Shown: positions 18,952-28,644, counted from the first letter of the stretch. The stretch is DNA of 64,000 bases from Hyalangium minutum (GCF_000737315.1 NZ_JMCB01000015.1:124001-188000); one strand, 5' to 3'. Numbers and translations: made by a program. Notes: generated by a model not told the origin, from the letters alone.

Positions 18952-20751
18952 TCACTGCGGGCGTGTCAACACCACTCCCTCTGGCGTCCAGCCTCTCCTC
19001 ACGGCGGCCCAGGGAGTGTCCTGGCCGTCCAGCTGGAAGTTGACGAGGAATCCCCTGGCTACGAGCTGCTCGGGCCCCCAGCCGCTCTCGCCACGTTTTC
19101 GATAGACGATGTGCTCGAAGTTGTAGGGCCCACCCTGACGCTCCCAGGCAATCCAGGGAGCGCCATTCCGGTCCAGCGCGAGCCGCGGTGTGCCCGGAGG
19201 GGAGCTCCCCGTCAGTGCCTGTAAGGCCTCGGGCGGGGTCCACCCCGTGAGCCCGTCCCTCCGCGAGAAGTAGACCTCGTGGCTTCGGAGGTCCTGAGAC
19301 ACCTCGGACCAGGCGACGAGAGGCTTTGAGTCTTTCAGCAGGAGAGCGATCTCCTTCGCGGACGAGCGGGAAGCTCTGTCTCCCACGAGCGGAGTGCCGA
19401 CAGGCGCCCAGCCCTGGTTCTGGTACTCCCAGACAATGACCTGTGGCTGAGCTTCCCCTACCGGGATCTCGGACCAGGCCACCATCACCTGGTCGGCTTC
19501 GGTGGCAATTGCCGGAGAGGTCGCGGGGGTGTCTCGTTCCGGGTTGGCCTCGAGAGGTCCACCGAAGGTGTTCCAGCCGGTGAGCTCCCATCGGGCCACG
19601 TGGATGACTTCCTCATCCGACCACGCAAGGATTGGATCGCCGTCGGTCTCGAGCGTCATGGAAAGCCCGGAGACCTCTCCCCCCTTCGAGGGGCTCGGAG
19701 TGCCCAGGGACTGCCAGCCCGTTCCGTCGAAACGCTTCACGTAGATGAAGGAAGGAAGAGTTCCTTCCACCCAGGCCAGGACGATCCGGCCGGCCCTGTC
19801 CATGGCAACCCTGGGCGAGATGGCCGCACGGATGCGCTCTTCCTCCGACCGAGGCATCGGCAGGGGCTCCCAGCCCTCTTTTGTCCAGCGCGCGACCACG
19901 AGGAGCGGTCGCTCCCTCAGGGCCTCGGTCTCGGTCCAGGCCAGCACTCGCCCTGTCCTCCCAGGGTCGGAGGCGAAATCCGCCTCCTGAATGGTCGCCT
20001 CGCTGGGGGCAGGACCCGTGCGGGTGAAGGGCCACCAGGTGACGCTCTGCGGGAACTGCTCGTCGGCCCGGAGCGGGTTCCCCGCCAGATCGGTGAGCAT
20101 GGGGGGAGCCAGCTCGGCGGTCAGGGTCACCGGGGGCTTCAGGGGGAGGTCGGGGATGAGCCGGAGACGAAGCCCGTTCTCGACGAGCGTCAACTGGCAG
20201 GGCACCGGCGTGCCGTTCTCGTCACGCACCCAGGCGGAGGTGCTCTGGAGCGAGCGCGGATCCATGGGCTCCGAGAAGAGGAACTCCAGTGGCTCGTTCC
20301 CCGAAGGGAAGCGTGTCTGGGGATTCAAGCCGAGGACAGCGGGTGCGGTCCGGTCCACGGTCACGCTCATGGGCGGGCTCTCGAAGCTGCGGGTCTCGAG
20401 GCGGGCCTTCATCACGAAGGAGAACGTTCCCTCCGGGGAGGTGGTGCAATCCAAGGTGAAGCGGTACGGCTCCGAGAGCGTCACGACGTGACTGCCGTCC
20501 AAGAACAGGGACACCTCGTCAGGCGTTCCTCCCTCCACGGTGGCGGAGAGCAGCACGCTCTCGCCCGCGCGGCAGAACCGTGGAGCTGTCGAGTCCAGGG
20601 TGACGGTGAGGACGGGAGGCTCCGGAGGGGGCTTCTCGAGCTCCAGATACTCGCGAAGCGGATCGCACGCGAGCAACGCCAGGGTTCCTCCCAGGAGGAG
20701 GGGGGCGCGACGCCGGGCCGGAGCCGGGCAAGGTGTCTGGGGCCGTTTCAT
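18952..20751 (-). CDS. Lipoprotein with bacterial Ig-like domains and beta-propeller-like C-terminus
   Basis: Lipobox LALLAC, DRTAPAV and FLFSEPMDP..LTDLAGN (SbsA/Big_5-like), then repeated W-containing beta segments. Confidence 0.7.
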   Translation of the reverse strand: MKRPQTPCPAPARRRAPLLLGGTLALLACDPLREYLELEKPPPEPPVLTVTLDSTAPRFCRAGESVLLSATVEGGTPDEVSLFLDGSHVVTLSEPYRFTLDCTTSPEGTFSFVMKARLETRSFESPPMSVTVDRTAPAVLGLNPQTRFPSGNEPLEFLFSEPMDPRSLQSTSAWVRDENGTPVPCQLTLVENGLRLRLIPDLPLKPPVTLTAELAPPMLTDLAGNPLRADEQFPQSVTWWPFTRTGPAPSEATIQEADFASDPGRTGRVLAWTETEALRERPLLVVARWTKEGWEPLPMPRSEEERIRAAISPRVAMDRAGRIVLAWVEGTLPSFIYVKRFDGTGWQSLGTPSPSKGGEVSGLSMTLETDGDPILAWSDEEVIHVARWELTGWNTFGGPLEANPERDTPATSPAIATEADQVMVAWSEIPVGEAQPQVIVWEYQNQGWAPVGTPLVGDRASRSSAKEIALLLKDSKPLVAWSEVSQDLRSHEVYFSRRDGLTGWTPPEALQALTGSSPPGTPRLALDRNGAPWIAWERQGGPYNFEHIVYRKRGESGWGPEQLVARGFLVNFQLDGQDTPWAAVRRGWTPEGVVLTRPQ

Positions 20752-20802
20752 TCGAGGAGCTCGTGACTTCCCCTTGGACACGCGGGCCATTTTTTCTGGG
20801 AC

Positions 20803-22323
20803 TTATTGGACCAGGCCCATTCCCACGCTGCCTCCGTAGGTCCACACCAGGTGGTGCCCGGAGAGCGTCCGGACCCAGGCGGGGCCGGCATTCCCCAGGA
20901 AGGTCAACCGGAGCGGACCTGTGATGGGCACCCACAAGGCGCCAGCAGCCCCGGTGTACGGCTGGAAGCCGAAGCTGGCGTTGCCGGTTCCCGGCTCCCA
21001 CTGCCGGGCGAGGAAGCCTCCCAGCTCCGCGGAGAGCTGGAGCTGGAGGCCCTCCGGGTCTCGCATCAGCCGGCCCACACCCAGCCGCAGCTCGAAGTCA
21101 TTCTGCAGGAGCTGCATCTGCTCGTGCCGCCCGTGCTTCAGGCCCAGCGCGGCCGTGACCACGTTCAGCGCGTCACTCGCCCAAGCGTACTGGAGCTGGG
21201 TGTTGGCCCCCACCATGGGCCCGAAGGTGGAGACGAGGGGCCGGCCCAGAGCGGGGCCCAGGTGCAGCATCCACCGCCCCGAGGCAGAGCCCTTGATCGG
21301 GTGGAACACCAGCCCGCTCGGCACGAGCTGGTCACGTGTCACCTCGATGCGGCCGGCGGGTGGCACCTCCACCCGTGCCGTCAGGGCACTGCGCTCCTTC
21401 CGGGTCGTCAGGAGGTAGCTGCCCGCGGGCAGGGCCAGTGTCGCCACTCCCTCGCCCTTGCGCACCAGCCCCAGGAAGGGTTCTCCGGAGGAAGTGGTCA
21501 CCGTCCAATCGCCCGGCTCGGGGATGGCGAGCGTCAGGAGGGAGGAGGCCGTGGCAGGGGAGGTGAGGATGAGCTCTCCCTGACCCTGGAGGTCGAAGCG
21601 GAAGTGGGGGTGCTGCACCCCCGCGTGTGACAGAAGCGAGGACTCGATCGTCCGCGCGTAAGAGTAGGCGTAGGCCTCGGCCAGGGTGATGCGGCCGTCT
21701 CCTGTCAGGTCCGCCGCTCCGCGAAGCGCTGCGACCAGGTGGTGGGTGAAGATGGAGCCTGCGAGCGCATCCGACTCCTGGGCGGACTCGTCCGCAGCGG
21801 ACGCGGTGATGATGATCCGTCCGGCGATCTGCGGCTGTTCTACGCTCATGCGGATGTCCGGGAGCGGCTTGAGGCCTTTGATCCGCGCTGCGCGTCCGGA
21901 CTGGCACGAGTCCACCACCAGCAGTGCGACGCCCACGGGAGCCTGTTCCACGAAGTGGACCACCTCGCGGATGGGCAGGCGTGTTCCCGACAGGTGCAGC
22001 GCTTCCGCTTCCGCGTGGCTGGAGACGTAGACGAAGAGCTGGTCTCCCGGACGCGCCTGCTCCTGGAGGCGCTCTCCGAAGCGTGCAAGCCGGGCGCGGA
22101 GCTCATCGGCGGTGGCTCCGAGCAGCAGCAGGCTGTCCTCCGGCCGCACTCCGCCGGCTTCACCCAGCACGCTCAGCACCGAGCGGGCATCCCGCTCCGC
22201 GTATCGCAGCGGTGCGTCACTGCCGATCCCCTGATTGGTACCCACGGCGATGGCGAACCTTCGCGGGCCAGGCTCGGCTGGCGGGCTGGCCGCCAGGAGC
22301 GCCAGCAGGAATGCCCCGATCAT
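20803..22323 (-). CDS. Caspase-family (peptidase C14-like) protein with predicted C-terminal beta-barrel-like domain
   Basis: Short signal peptide, RRFAIAVGTN, LRYAERDA, His in YVSSHA, Cys in VVDSCQSG, and SIFTHHLVAALRGAAD. ATGA overlap with the anti-sigma gene. Confidence 0.82.
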   Translation of the reverse strand: MIGAFLLALLAASPPAEPGPRRFAIAVGTNQGIGSDAPLRYAERDARSVLSVLGEAGGVRPEDSLLLLGATADELRARLARFGERLQEQARPGDQLFVYVSSHAEAEALHLSGTRLPIREVVHFVEQAPVGVALLVVDSCQSGRAARIKGLKPLPDIRMSVEQPQIAGRIIITASAADESAQESDALAGSIFTHHLVAALRGAADLTGDGRITLAEAYAYSYARTIESSLLSHAGVQHPHFRFDLQGQGELILTSPATASSLLTLAIPEPGDWTVTTSSGEPFLGLVRKGEGVATLALPAGSYLLTTRKERSALTARVEVPPAGRIEVTRDQLVPSGLVFHPIKGSASGRWMLHLGPALGRPLVSTFGPMVGANTQLQYAWASDALNVVTAALGLKHGRHEQMQLLQNDFELRLGVGRLMRDPEGLQLQLSAELGGFLARQWEPGTGNASFGFQPYTGAAGALWVPITGPLRLTFLGNAGPAWVRTLSGHHLVWTYGGSVGMGLVQ

Positions 22324-23012
22324 CCCCGCGTCCCCACCTTCAGGGACACCGAGGTGTGCACCACGTTTGGGGGAAGCTGGGAAGGCGCTGGCAGCCAGCC
22401 GCGGGCCTCGTTCAGCTCGAGTGGCGCATCCGAGTAGAAGGCGTGCACCGTGAAGTCTCCTTCGGTGACCTCGAAGACGGGTGTCATCTGGGCCTCGGCC
22501 AGTTCGCCGCTCGTGGTGCCGCCGGTAGGCCAGAGCTGCTCGGCCTTGCCGCTGGCGTCCACGGAGACGATCAGGGCGAACGGATGACCGCCGCCCCGGA
22601 GCCTCAGAGCGACGCGATCGCCCTGGCTGAGGACGGGGTTCACCTCGCCATCGGCCAGCCGGACCAGCTCCACCGCGGGTGGGCCCTTCACCCGGATGCC
22701 CGGCGGGCCGTCTCCGATGGGCTTCTGCTCGCCGCGCGGGAGCAGGAGCACCACGGCCGCGGCTGCGGCCATGATTGGCACGAGCATCCACCCGGAGAGC
22801 CAGCGGGAGGGCCGTGGCTTCGTTCCCCGGGCCTGCTCCGCCCTCACCTGGGCGCGAACCTGGAGGAAGCGAGGGTTTGCACGGGAGGCCTCCGCGTGAG
22901 CTTGAAGGCGCTCCAGGCGGCCCTGACAGGTGGCACAGGACTCCAGGTGCTTCGGACGAGGCCCCCCGACGGCCACCTCATCCAGGGCGAGGTCCGACAG
23001 GTGCTCGCTCAT
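22320..23012 (-). CDS. Membrane-anchored zinc-finger anti-sigma factor with DUF4384-like periplasmic domain
   Basis: HLESCATC (HxxxCxxC), TM segment WMLVPIMAAAAAVVLLL, and IRVKG...GDRVAL. ATGA overlap with the ECF gene. Confidence 0.8.
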   Translation of the reverse strand: MSEHLSDLALDEVAVGGPRPKHLESCATCQGRLERLQAHAEASRANPRFLQVRAQVRAEQARGTKPRPSRWLSGWMLVPIMAAAAAVVLLLPRGEQKPIGDGPPGIRVKGPPAVELVRLADGEVNPVLSQGDRVALRLRGGGHPFALIVSVDASGKAEQLWPTGGTTSGELAEAQMTPVFEVTEGDFTVHAFYSDAPLELNEARGWLPAPSQLPPNVVHTSVSLKVGTRG

Positions 23013-23521
23013 TCCCATGCTCCCTTCCTCTTGCGCGGCTCACCGAGGGTCTGGGCCAGGGTGGAGATGTGCTTCACTTCGCGCACGATGGTCTTCCGGG
23101 AGAGCCCCATCACCTGGGCAATCTCTTCCTGGGAGAGTTCGTCGACATAATAGAGGGCCGCCACGGTGAGGCTGCGCTCGTCGAGTTCTCGCGAGAGCTC
23201 GAGCAGGAAATCGCGGCACTCGGAGGGCGCGAGCGTGTCCACTTCGGGCTCGGGCCCTGCCTCCTGGGGAGCGACGTCCCGCAGGCTCCGGGAGCGGAGC
23301 ATGTTGAGGCAGACGTTGGTCGTCACCCGGTAGATGTAGGTCATCGGCCGGGCTTCCCGCCGGAACGCCGACGCGTTCTGGAGGATGCGGATGAAGGTCT
23401 CCTGGACGGCATCCCATGCGTCCGCCTCCCGTTCGAGCAGGCTTAGGGCTCTCCGGTACATGCCAGGCGCGTACCGGTCGTAGAGCTCCTCGAGTTCCGC
23501 AGGGCTCAGCCCTCGGCTCAT
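23009..23521 (-). CDS. ECF RNA polymerase sigma factor
   Basis: LYDRYAPGMYRRA, DAWDAVQETF, YIYRVTTNVCLN, and region 4 LSQEEIAQVMGLSRKTI. Confidence 0.9.
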   Translation of the reverse strand: MSRGLSPAELEELYDRYAPGMYRRALSLLEREADAWDAVQETFIRILQNASAFRREARPMTYIYRVTTNVCLNMLRSRSLRDVAPQEAGPEPEVDTLAPSECRDFLLELSRELDERSLTVAALYYVDELSQEEIAQVMGLSRKTIVREVKHISTLAQTLGEPRKRKGAWE

Positions 23522-23644
23522 CTCTTCCTGTTTGGACACGCGGGAGGGGAACGAAGGGACACGGATTCGGTCGCGGTCACGGGGGCGAGGTGGAGCGGGA
23601 GGTCTCACTCACCGCCAACGATGAGTGAGACCCTGCTCGAAATG

Positions 23645-25312
23645 TCACGGCTGGGACGGGCAGAGGTTGTGCTCGTCCAGCGGGTTGATGTGGCCCTCGG
23701 CGTTGCCTGTGAAGGAGCGGGCGTAGATGCCGCCGTCGAAGCTGCCGTCGGTGAAGGCAATGTCGGCGTTGGGGGCCAGCACCGTGCCCCAGAAGCCGTA
23801 GCCCTGGGCATGGATGCTCGTGGCATCCACGAAGTTGTAGAGGATGCCGTGCTGGTCGATGCCTCCGGCGAACGAGTGGCCGAAGCCCGTGAAGGTGGCC
23901 GAGCCGCCGCGGATGTTGATCACCGCCAGCGAGCCGGCGGGCGCCTCGATGGAGAGCAGCGTGGCGCCGGTGAAGGCGCTGGCGTTCACCTCGAAGACGT
24001 TCAGGCTGGGGTCCGTGCCGCGCAGCATGATGCCGCCCCAGGACTCACGCGTCGTGGTGCCGTTGACGGCGAGGCTGGCCAGCTGGGCGGACAGGTTGCT
24101 CAGCTCCGCGCCCCGGGCAGTGAAGTGGATGGGCGTGCCCTGAGAGACGGTGCCCCGGTAGGACATCACGGAGGTGTCGCCGCTGTAGGTGCCGCCATAC
24201 CAGGCATCCCCCCAGATGGCGCCGCGGGAGAGGGAGAGGTTGCCACCCGCCACCAGGGTGTTGGAGATGTCGGTGTCCGGCAGGCCCGAGCCGACCGCGA
24301 AGTCGGTCATGGTGATGTTGCCGCCCGCGGCCACTTTGCCCACCACGTCGTGGCCACCGATGTAGTCCCCGAGGAGGAAGAGGTTGTAGTCGTTCAGCCG
24401 GACCGGCAGGCCCGCGGAGCCGTCGTGCGAGCAGGTGCCCGTGGCGCCATGGCAGGTGTCCACCGTGCAGGCGTTGCCGTCATCGCAGTCCGCGTTGACG
24501 TGGCAGCCGGGGTCGCACGCGTCGCCGACGCTGTCCTCGTCCGCATCGGCCTGGTCCGGGTTGAAGGTGCAGCGGCAGTTGTCGAGCGTGTCGGGGATGC
24601 CGTCGTTGTCGCAGTCGGCGATCTGGTCGGTGTCGAGCAGCGCGTAGTCGAAGGCGAGGTACGGCTCATTGGGAGCGATGATGGTGATGACCACGCGGCC
24701 GTCCGTCATGGCGGACCAGGGCACGATGGCGTAGGCGCGCTGGACGAGGCCGTCCTGGCCGCCGCCCTGGGTGGTCAGCGGCACCACCACGCCGTCCACG
24801 CGGATGCTCGCGGGGGTGACGTCGTAGTCGCCGAAGACGAGGTTGATGTAGTGGTCGACGCCGTAGTCACTGTCACCTGGGACGGGGACGGTGAAGGTGA
24901 ACGTGAAGTTGATTCCATCCGAGGCCCCGGCAGGGGTGCGGGATTGGTCGGTGTACTGCGCGCCGTTGGTCGCCGTGCGCTCGGCGGCGGAGCGGAAGTC
25001 GAAGTCATCGCCCGCGCCGACCGCGGTGCTGCCGTTGCGGTTCCAGTCCGGCAGAAACTCCCCGGGCTCCAGGAGGCCATCGCCGTCCACATCGGCTGGC
25101 TGGTTGTGCGGAGACGGGGTGGCGCGAACGAGCCCAGCGGGGGCGATGCCGAACCCGTCGATGTCGCCGATGAGCCGGCGGACCACGTTCGTCTGGCCGA
25201 GGTTGCGGGCCTCGGTTCCCGCCGGGGAGCCAGTGTCTTCGGATTCCACGGCGTTACAGGCGGAGAGCAGCAGGAGGGCTGCAGTGAGAGACGGAAGTAG
25301 AGCGGTGCGCAT
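23645..25312 (-). CDS. Choice-of-anchor A family lipoprotein with TSP type-3 and CDDGNxCTxD repeats
   Basis: Lipobox LLSAC, DNDGIPDTLDNC...DADEDSVGDAC, CDDGNACTVDTC, and a C-terminal YNLFLLGD...DVVGKVAAGGN...GTVLAP domain. Confidence 0.8.
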   Translation of the reverse strand: MRTALLPSLTAALLLLSACNAVESEDTGSPAGTEARNLGQTNVVRRLIGDIDGFGIAPAGLVRATPSPHNQPADVDGDGLLEPGEFLPDWNRNGSTAVGAGDDFDFRSAAERTATNGAQYTDQSRTPAGASDGINFTFTFTVPVPGDSDYGVDHYINLVFGDYDVTPASIRVDGVVVPLTTQGGGQDGLVQRAYAIVPWSAMTDGRVVITIIAPNEPYLAFDYALLDTDQIADCDNDGIPDTLDNCRCTFNPDQADADEDSVGDACDPGCHVNADCDDGNACTVDTCHGATGTCSHDGSAGLPVRLNDYNLFLLGDYIGGHDVVGKVAAGGNITMTDFAVGSGLPDTDISNTLVAGGNLSLSRGAIWGDAWYGGTYSGDTSVMSYRGTVSQGTPIHFTARGAELSNLSAQLASLAVNGTTTRESWGGIMLRGTDPSLNVFEVNASAFTGATLLSIEAPAGSLAVINIRGGSATFTGFGHSFAGGIDQHGILYNFVDATSIHAQGYGFWGTVLAPNADIAFTDGSFDGGIYARSFTGNAEGHINPLDEHNLCPSQP

Positions 25313-25380
25313 GGCCGCGGACCCTATCCGCAGCGCATCCTGGTTTTAAAAGGAAATAATGCTAATGGAGAATTTCTAAA

Positions 25381-25530
25381 TTTTACGACCACCGAGAGAC
25401 CGGCACGGGGCGTCGCTCGGAGCTGGAGTTCCACATGCGTCCGGACAGGCCCGAGTCCGGGCGCGGCTCGGGGTATGAGGGCGTCGAGCCGATGCTCGCG
25501 GCGCTCATCCAGCGGGTCGAGAACGCTTGA
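25381..25530 (+). pseudogene. Possible C-terminal gene remnant or 31-aa sORF (ATG at 25435)
   Basis: Open frame with high-GC third positions (..SELEFHMRPDRPESGRGSGYEGVEPMLAALIQRVENA*) that starts abruptly at an AT-rich patch. Confidence 0.3.
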
Positions 25531-25583
25531 GCAACGCTCCCGGGGTCTGCTTGGCTGATGCCTTCGTTTGCCAGGGAGACGTC

Positions 25584-26420
25584 ATGCAGACCCGTGCTGT
25601 TGCCAATACCTCGTCCGCCCCCACGTACAGCCCGACACTTGCGCTGGCCTTCGCGAACGCTGTCGAAGCCGCCTACAACTTCTACGACAACGGCACGCCC
25701 ATCTCGCTCGCGGGCTACACCATTGGCCCAGACATCTACGTCTTCGAGTTGGAGAAGAAAACGTTCTTTGGCTACGTGGCCACCGGAACACCGCCGAACA
25801 GCGGCATCCCGCAGCACAACCTGGTGGTATTCCGCGGGACGCGCACCAAGGAAGAGGGCTTCTACGACATGGACTGGAGCCTGGTGCCGGGAAATCTTGG
25901 GGGCCAGGCTGTCGGCAACGTCGCCAAGGGCCTGTATGACTTCTATACGGGCGCAGGGCCCCTGGAGAAGAGCCTCTCCCAGCTCACGTTGGAGGCGATC
26001 TCCTGGTTCTCGGATACGTCGCTGCCGCTCTACGTGTGTGGCCACAGCCTCGGGGGCGGAGTCGCCACGCTGGCGTCGCTCGATATCGTGCTGAACAATG
26101 CCTACACGGCTGCGGCGCCGATCATGTACACCTACGGCGGCCTGCACGCCGGGGACCAGAACTTCGTCACTGCGTTCAGCACCGCCGTGGCGGCGGCCTT
26201 CCGCGTCACCAACCTTGCTGACTTCGTTCCCCAGCTCACCGGCTTAGCTGCGGACAACACCCAGTACGTCCATGTCGGCGAGCAGTGGTGGTTCGTCGCC
26301 TACAACTCGTACCTCTGGGAGAACCACGAGCTGTCGAACACGTACCTCACGGCGCTCACGTCGTACCCCAGCCAGGTCGTGAACACGCCGCCGCCGAACT
26401 TCCCAGCCAGCGGTGCATAA
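25584..26420 (+). CDS. Lipase class 3 family protein
   Basis: GGGAGA SD, VVFRGT, nucleophile GHSLGGG, RVTNLADFVP and a C-terminal NHEL His. No signal peptide. Confidence 0.88.
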   Translation: MQTRAVANTSSAPTYSPTLALAFANAVEAAYNFYDNGTPISLAGYTIGPDIYVFELEKKTFFGYVATGTPPNSGIPQHNLVVFRGTRTKEEGFYDMDWSLVPGNLGGQAVGNVAKGLYDFYTGAGPLEKSLSQLTLEAISWFSDTSLPLYVCGHSLGGGVATLASLDIVLNNAYTAAAPIMYTYGGLHAGDQNFVTAFSTAVAAAFRVTNLADFVPQLTGLAADNTQYVHVGEQWWFVAYNSYLWENHELSNTYLTALTSYPSQVVNTPPPNFPASGA

Positions 26421-26533
26421 GCTCTGTCAGGCCCGCTGGTAGCGGAGGTCCATGATGAACGCTGTCGGGAGTACACTGGCACGCTTCGCCGCGTAGCTGT
26501 GCGCAACCAGAAGGGCAAGACGGTGTGTGTCAC

Positions 26534-26571
26534 GGCCCCGCGTTCCTCAAGCCAGGGACGCGGGGCCTTTT
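26534..26571 (+). terminator. Rho-independent terminator
   Basis: Stem GGCCCCGCGTTCCT/AGGGACGCGGGGCC with a 6-nt loop, followed by TTTT. Confidence 0.8.
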
Positions 26572-26630
26572 CTGAGCCGCCTCCGGCACTGTCCGGCGCG
26601 CGCACCACCGGGTCGGCCTCTGGCGCCCTT

Positions 26631-27335
26631 TCAGCCCTCGTCGTCCGAGCCGGGCTCGGTCCCTGGGGCCGCGCGGCGGATCACCACCACGGAGACCTGC
26701 TCGCCCTTGGCGGGGCGCACCATCACCTGCAGCTCGTCCGAGCCGTTGCGGTAGAGGTTCTTCTCCACCTCCGTATAGCCGGCCTTGCCGAGTTCCTCTC
26801 GGTAGAAGGTTTCCACCTCGGGCTGCTTGGCGGCGGCCGAATAGGTGAGCGAGCGGGCCGCCTCCACATCGCTGTGCAGCACCTCGCTAGCGCCGGGGAA
26901 GATGGGCGCGAAGGAGGACGACCGGGTGGGAGGCTGGGAGAGATCCGCCTCGCCCAGGTACACCGCCGTGGTGCCATCCGGGTAGGGCTGGAGGATGACG
27001 GTGTACGAGATGAGCCGCTCCGTATCCAAGGCGGTGAGCTGCGGCTGGCGGAAGGGCTGGGCCTGCTGCTCCACGGGGGGGATGAAGAAGCCCCACGCCA
27101 GGAAACGGTCCACCAGGTGCTGGAGCAGAACCTGGGGCTTCTCCTTGCTGCGCACCGCGTGGATGCGCACGGGGATGCCGTCGGCCATCATCACGCCCGG
27201 CACGTCCACGGCGTCCACCACCTGGGGCACATCCCAGGTGAAGGGCAGCCGCTGTGCCGCCGCCTCGCCCGCGCCCAGAAGCGCCCCCCACAGGGCCAGC
27301 CCGGCCCACCTCGCACCTCGTGTTCGCATCCTCAC
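26631..27335 (-). CDS. Hypothetical secreted protein, last gene of Tad-like operon
   Basis: Signal peptide and typical codon usage. ATGA overlap with the upstream gene. Confidence 0.75.
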   Translation of the reverse strand: MRMRTRGARWAGLALWGALLGAGEAAAQRLPFTWDVPQVVDAVDVPGVMMADGIPVRIHAVRSKEKPQVLLQHLVDRFLAWGFFIPPVEQQAQPFRQPQLTALDTERLISYTVILQPYPDGTTAVYLGEADLSQPPTRSSSFAPIFPGASEVLHSDVEAARSLTYSAAAKQPEVETFYREELGKAGYTEVEKNLYRNGSDELQVMVRPAKGEQVSVVVIRRAAPGTEPGSDDEG

Positions 27336-27670
27336 CTCTGGAGCTGGCGTTCGTCTCGGGGGCGCCTGCGCTGCTGGCGCTTCTTCTCGCGGGTATCGGC
27401 GCTGCCGTCCTTTTGAGGGCAGTGCTCGGCGCAGGCGTTGAAGGCGCTGTCGAAGCGGTCCTTGCAGCGCACGGCGCAGGCCTGGACTCCGCGGGCCTGG
27501 GTGGGGTCACCGGCCTCGGGGCAGCGCCCCAGACAGCTCTCCATCTCCGTGCTGGCGCGCGTGGCGCACCGGGCCTCGCACTGCTCCGGGTTCGCTTGGG
27601 CCATGGGCGCCGCCAACCCAAGGCCGAGCGCCACCCACAGGGCCCCGGGAAGCCTTGCTGGGCGGATCAT
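27332..27670 (-). CDS. Small secreted protein with four CxxxC pairs
   Basis: Signal peptide ending AQA, then CEARC, CLGRC, CAVRC, CAEHC and a basic tail. Overlaps both neighbours. Confidence 0.7.
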   Translation of the reverse strand: MIRPARLPGALWVALGLGLAAPMAQANPEQCEARCATRASTEMESCLGRCPEAGDPTQARGVQACAVRCKDRFDSAFNACAEHCPQKDGSADTREKKRQQRRRPRDERQLQR

Positions 27671-28644
27671 CAGTCACAGTCCTTTCCGAGGAAGCAATTC
27701 CCGTTGCCGCGACGCTTGAGGTAGGAGAGGCCATACGGGAAGGTGGTGATGCCCACCAACGAGCCCGGCGAGGTGGGCCAGATGCCGGTGCCGGACTTCT
27801 CGGCGAGAGGGGGAAGCTGCATGAAATTCGTCTCCTCGCCCGGAGCGCTCATGAAGAACTGCCGCTCGTTGATGGGCGGGGGCATGCCCAGCACGGCCTC
27901 CGCCAGCTCGCTGGCGCTCTGTGGGATGATCAGGGCCTCCGGCTCATAGGCGGCGCGCACCGCGGCATAGAAGGGCAGGTTGGGACAGGGCAGGGTGGGC
28001 ATGTACTGGCTCGGGATGAGGCAGGTGGGCGTCTCCACAGGGCCCGCCAGTCCCCAGTCATCCACCAGCATGGCGTAGCCGCCGCGGCAGGTGCCGCTCA
28101 CCGCGCGCCCGGCGGCGCATACCCGGAGGAAGGCGCCCGAACTCTCCAACTGCCGCTTCGTGTAGAGCGCCCTCCGGCCCCGGTCCAGAAAGGAGCGGGG
28201 GAAGCGGACCGCGGTCAGGTCCGCTCCGGCCGTGCAGACGGTGCCGTCGTTGTCCCGGTAGATGAGCGTCAGCAGGGGAAACGAGGCGCCGAAGCCAGGG
28301 CCCTCTCCCATGTCGCAGCGGACGTCCAGGTTGTTGCCCCGGGTGAACACCTGGGTGATGCCGCCGGCGTTGACCGAGGACAGGCCGTTGAAGTCCTCAT
28401 AGCGGCCCTTGGCCCGGTTCGCGGCGGTGGCCATGGAGTTCTCCGCCTTTGAATAGGTGAGGGGGATGATGTGCATCTTCCCGGCGGTCCCATCCCAGAG
28501 GGCGGAGATGGCGGCCTCCTGCACCTTGAGGGACAGGTAGCCGATCTCCGCCAGGTAAATGCCGAAGGCCACCAGGCTGACGACGAGTGTCACGCCCAGG
28601 GCGGTCTCCACCACGGCCTGGCCTCGGGCACGGGCGGTCTTCAT
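27670..28644 (-). CDS. TadE-like pseudopilin
   Basis: MKTARARG|QAVVETALG prepilin-type site followed by a hydrophobic helix. ATGA overlap with the TadG-like gene. Confidence 0.8.
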   Translation of the reverse strand: MKTARARGQAVVETALGVTLVVSLVAFGIYLAEIGYLSLKVQEAAISALWDGTAGKMHIIPLTYSKAENSMATAANRAKGRYEDFNGLSSVNAGGITQVFTRGNNLDVRCDMGEGPGFGASFPLLTLIYRDNDGTVCTAGADLTAVRFPRSFLDRGRRALYTKRQLESSGAFLRVCAAGRAVSGTCRGGYAMLVDDWGLAGPVETPTCLIPSQYMPTLPCPNLPFYAAVRAAYEPEALIIPQSASELAEAVLGMPPPINERQFFMSAPGEETNFMQLPPLAEKSGTGIWPTSPGSLVGITTFPYGLSYLKRRGNGNCFLGKDCD

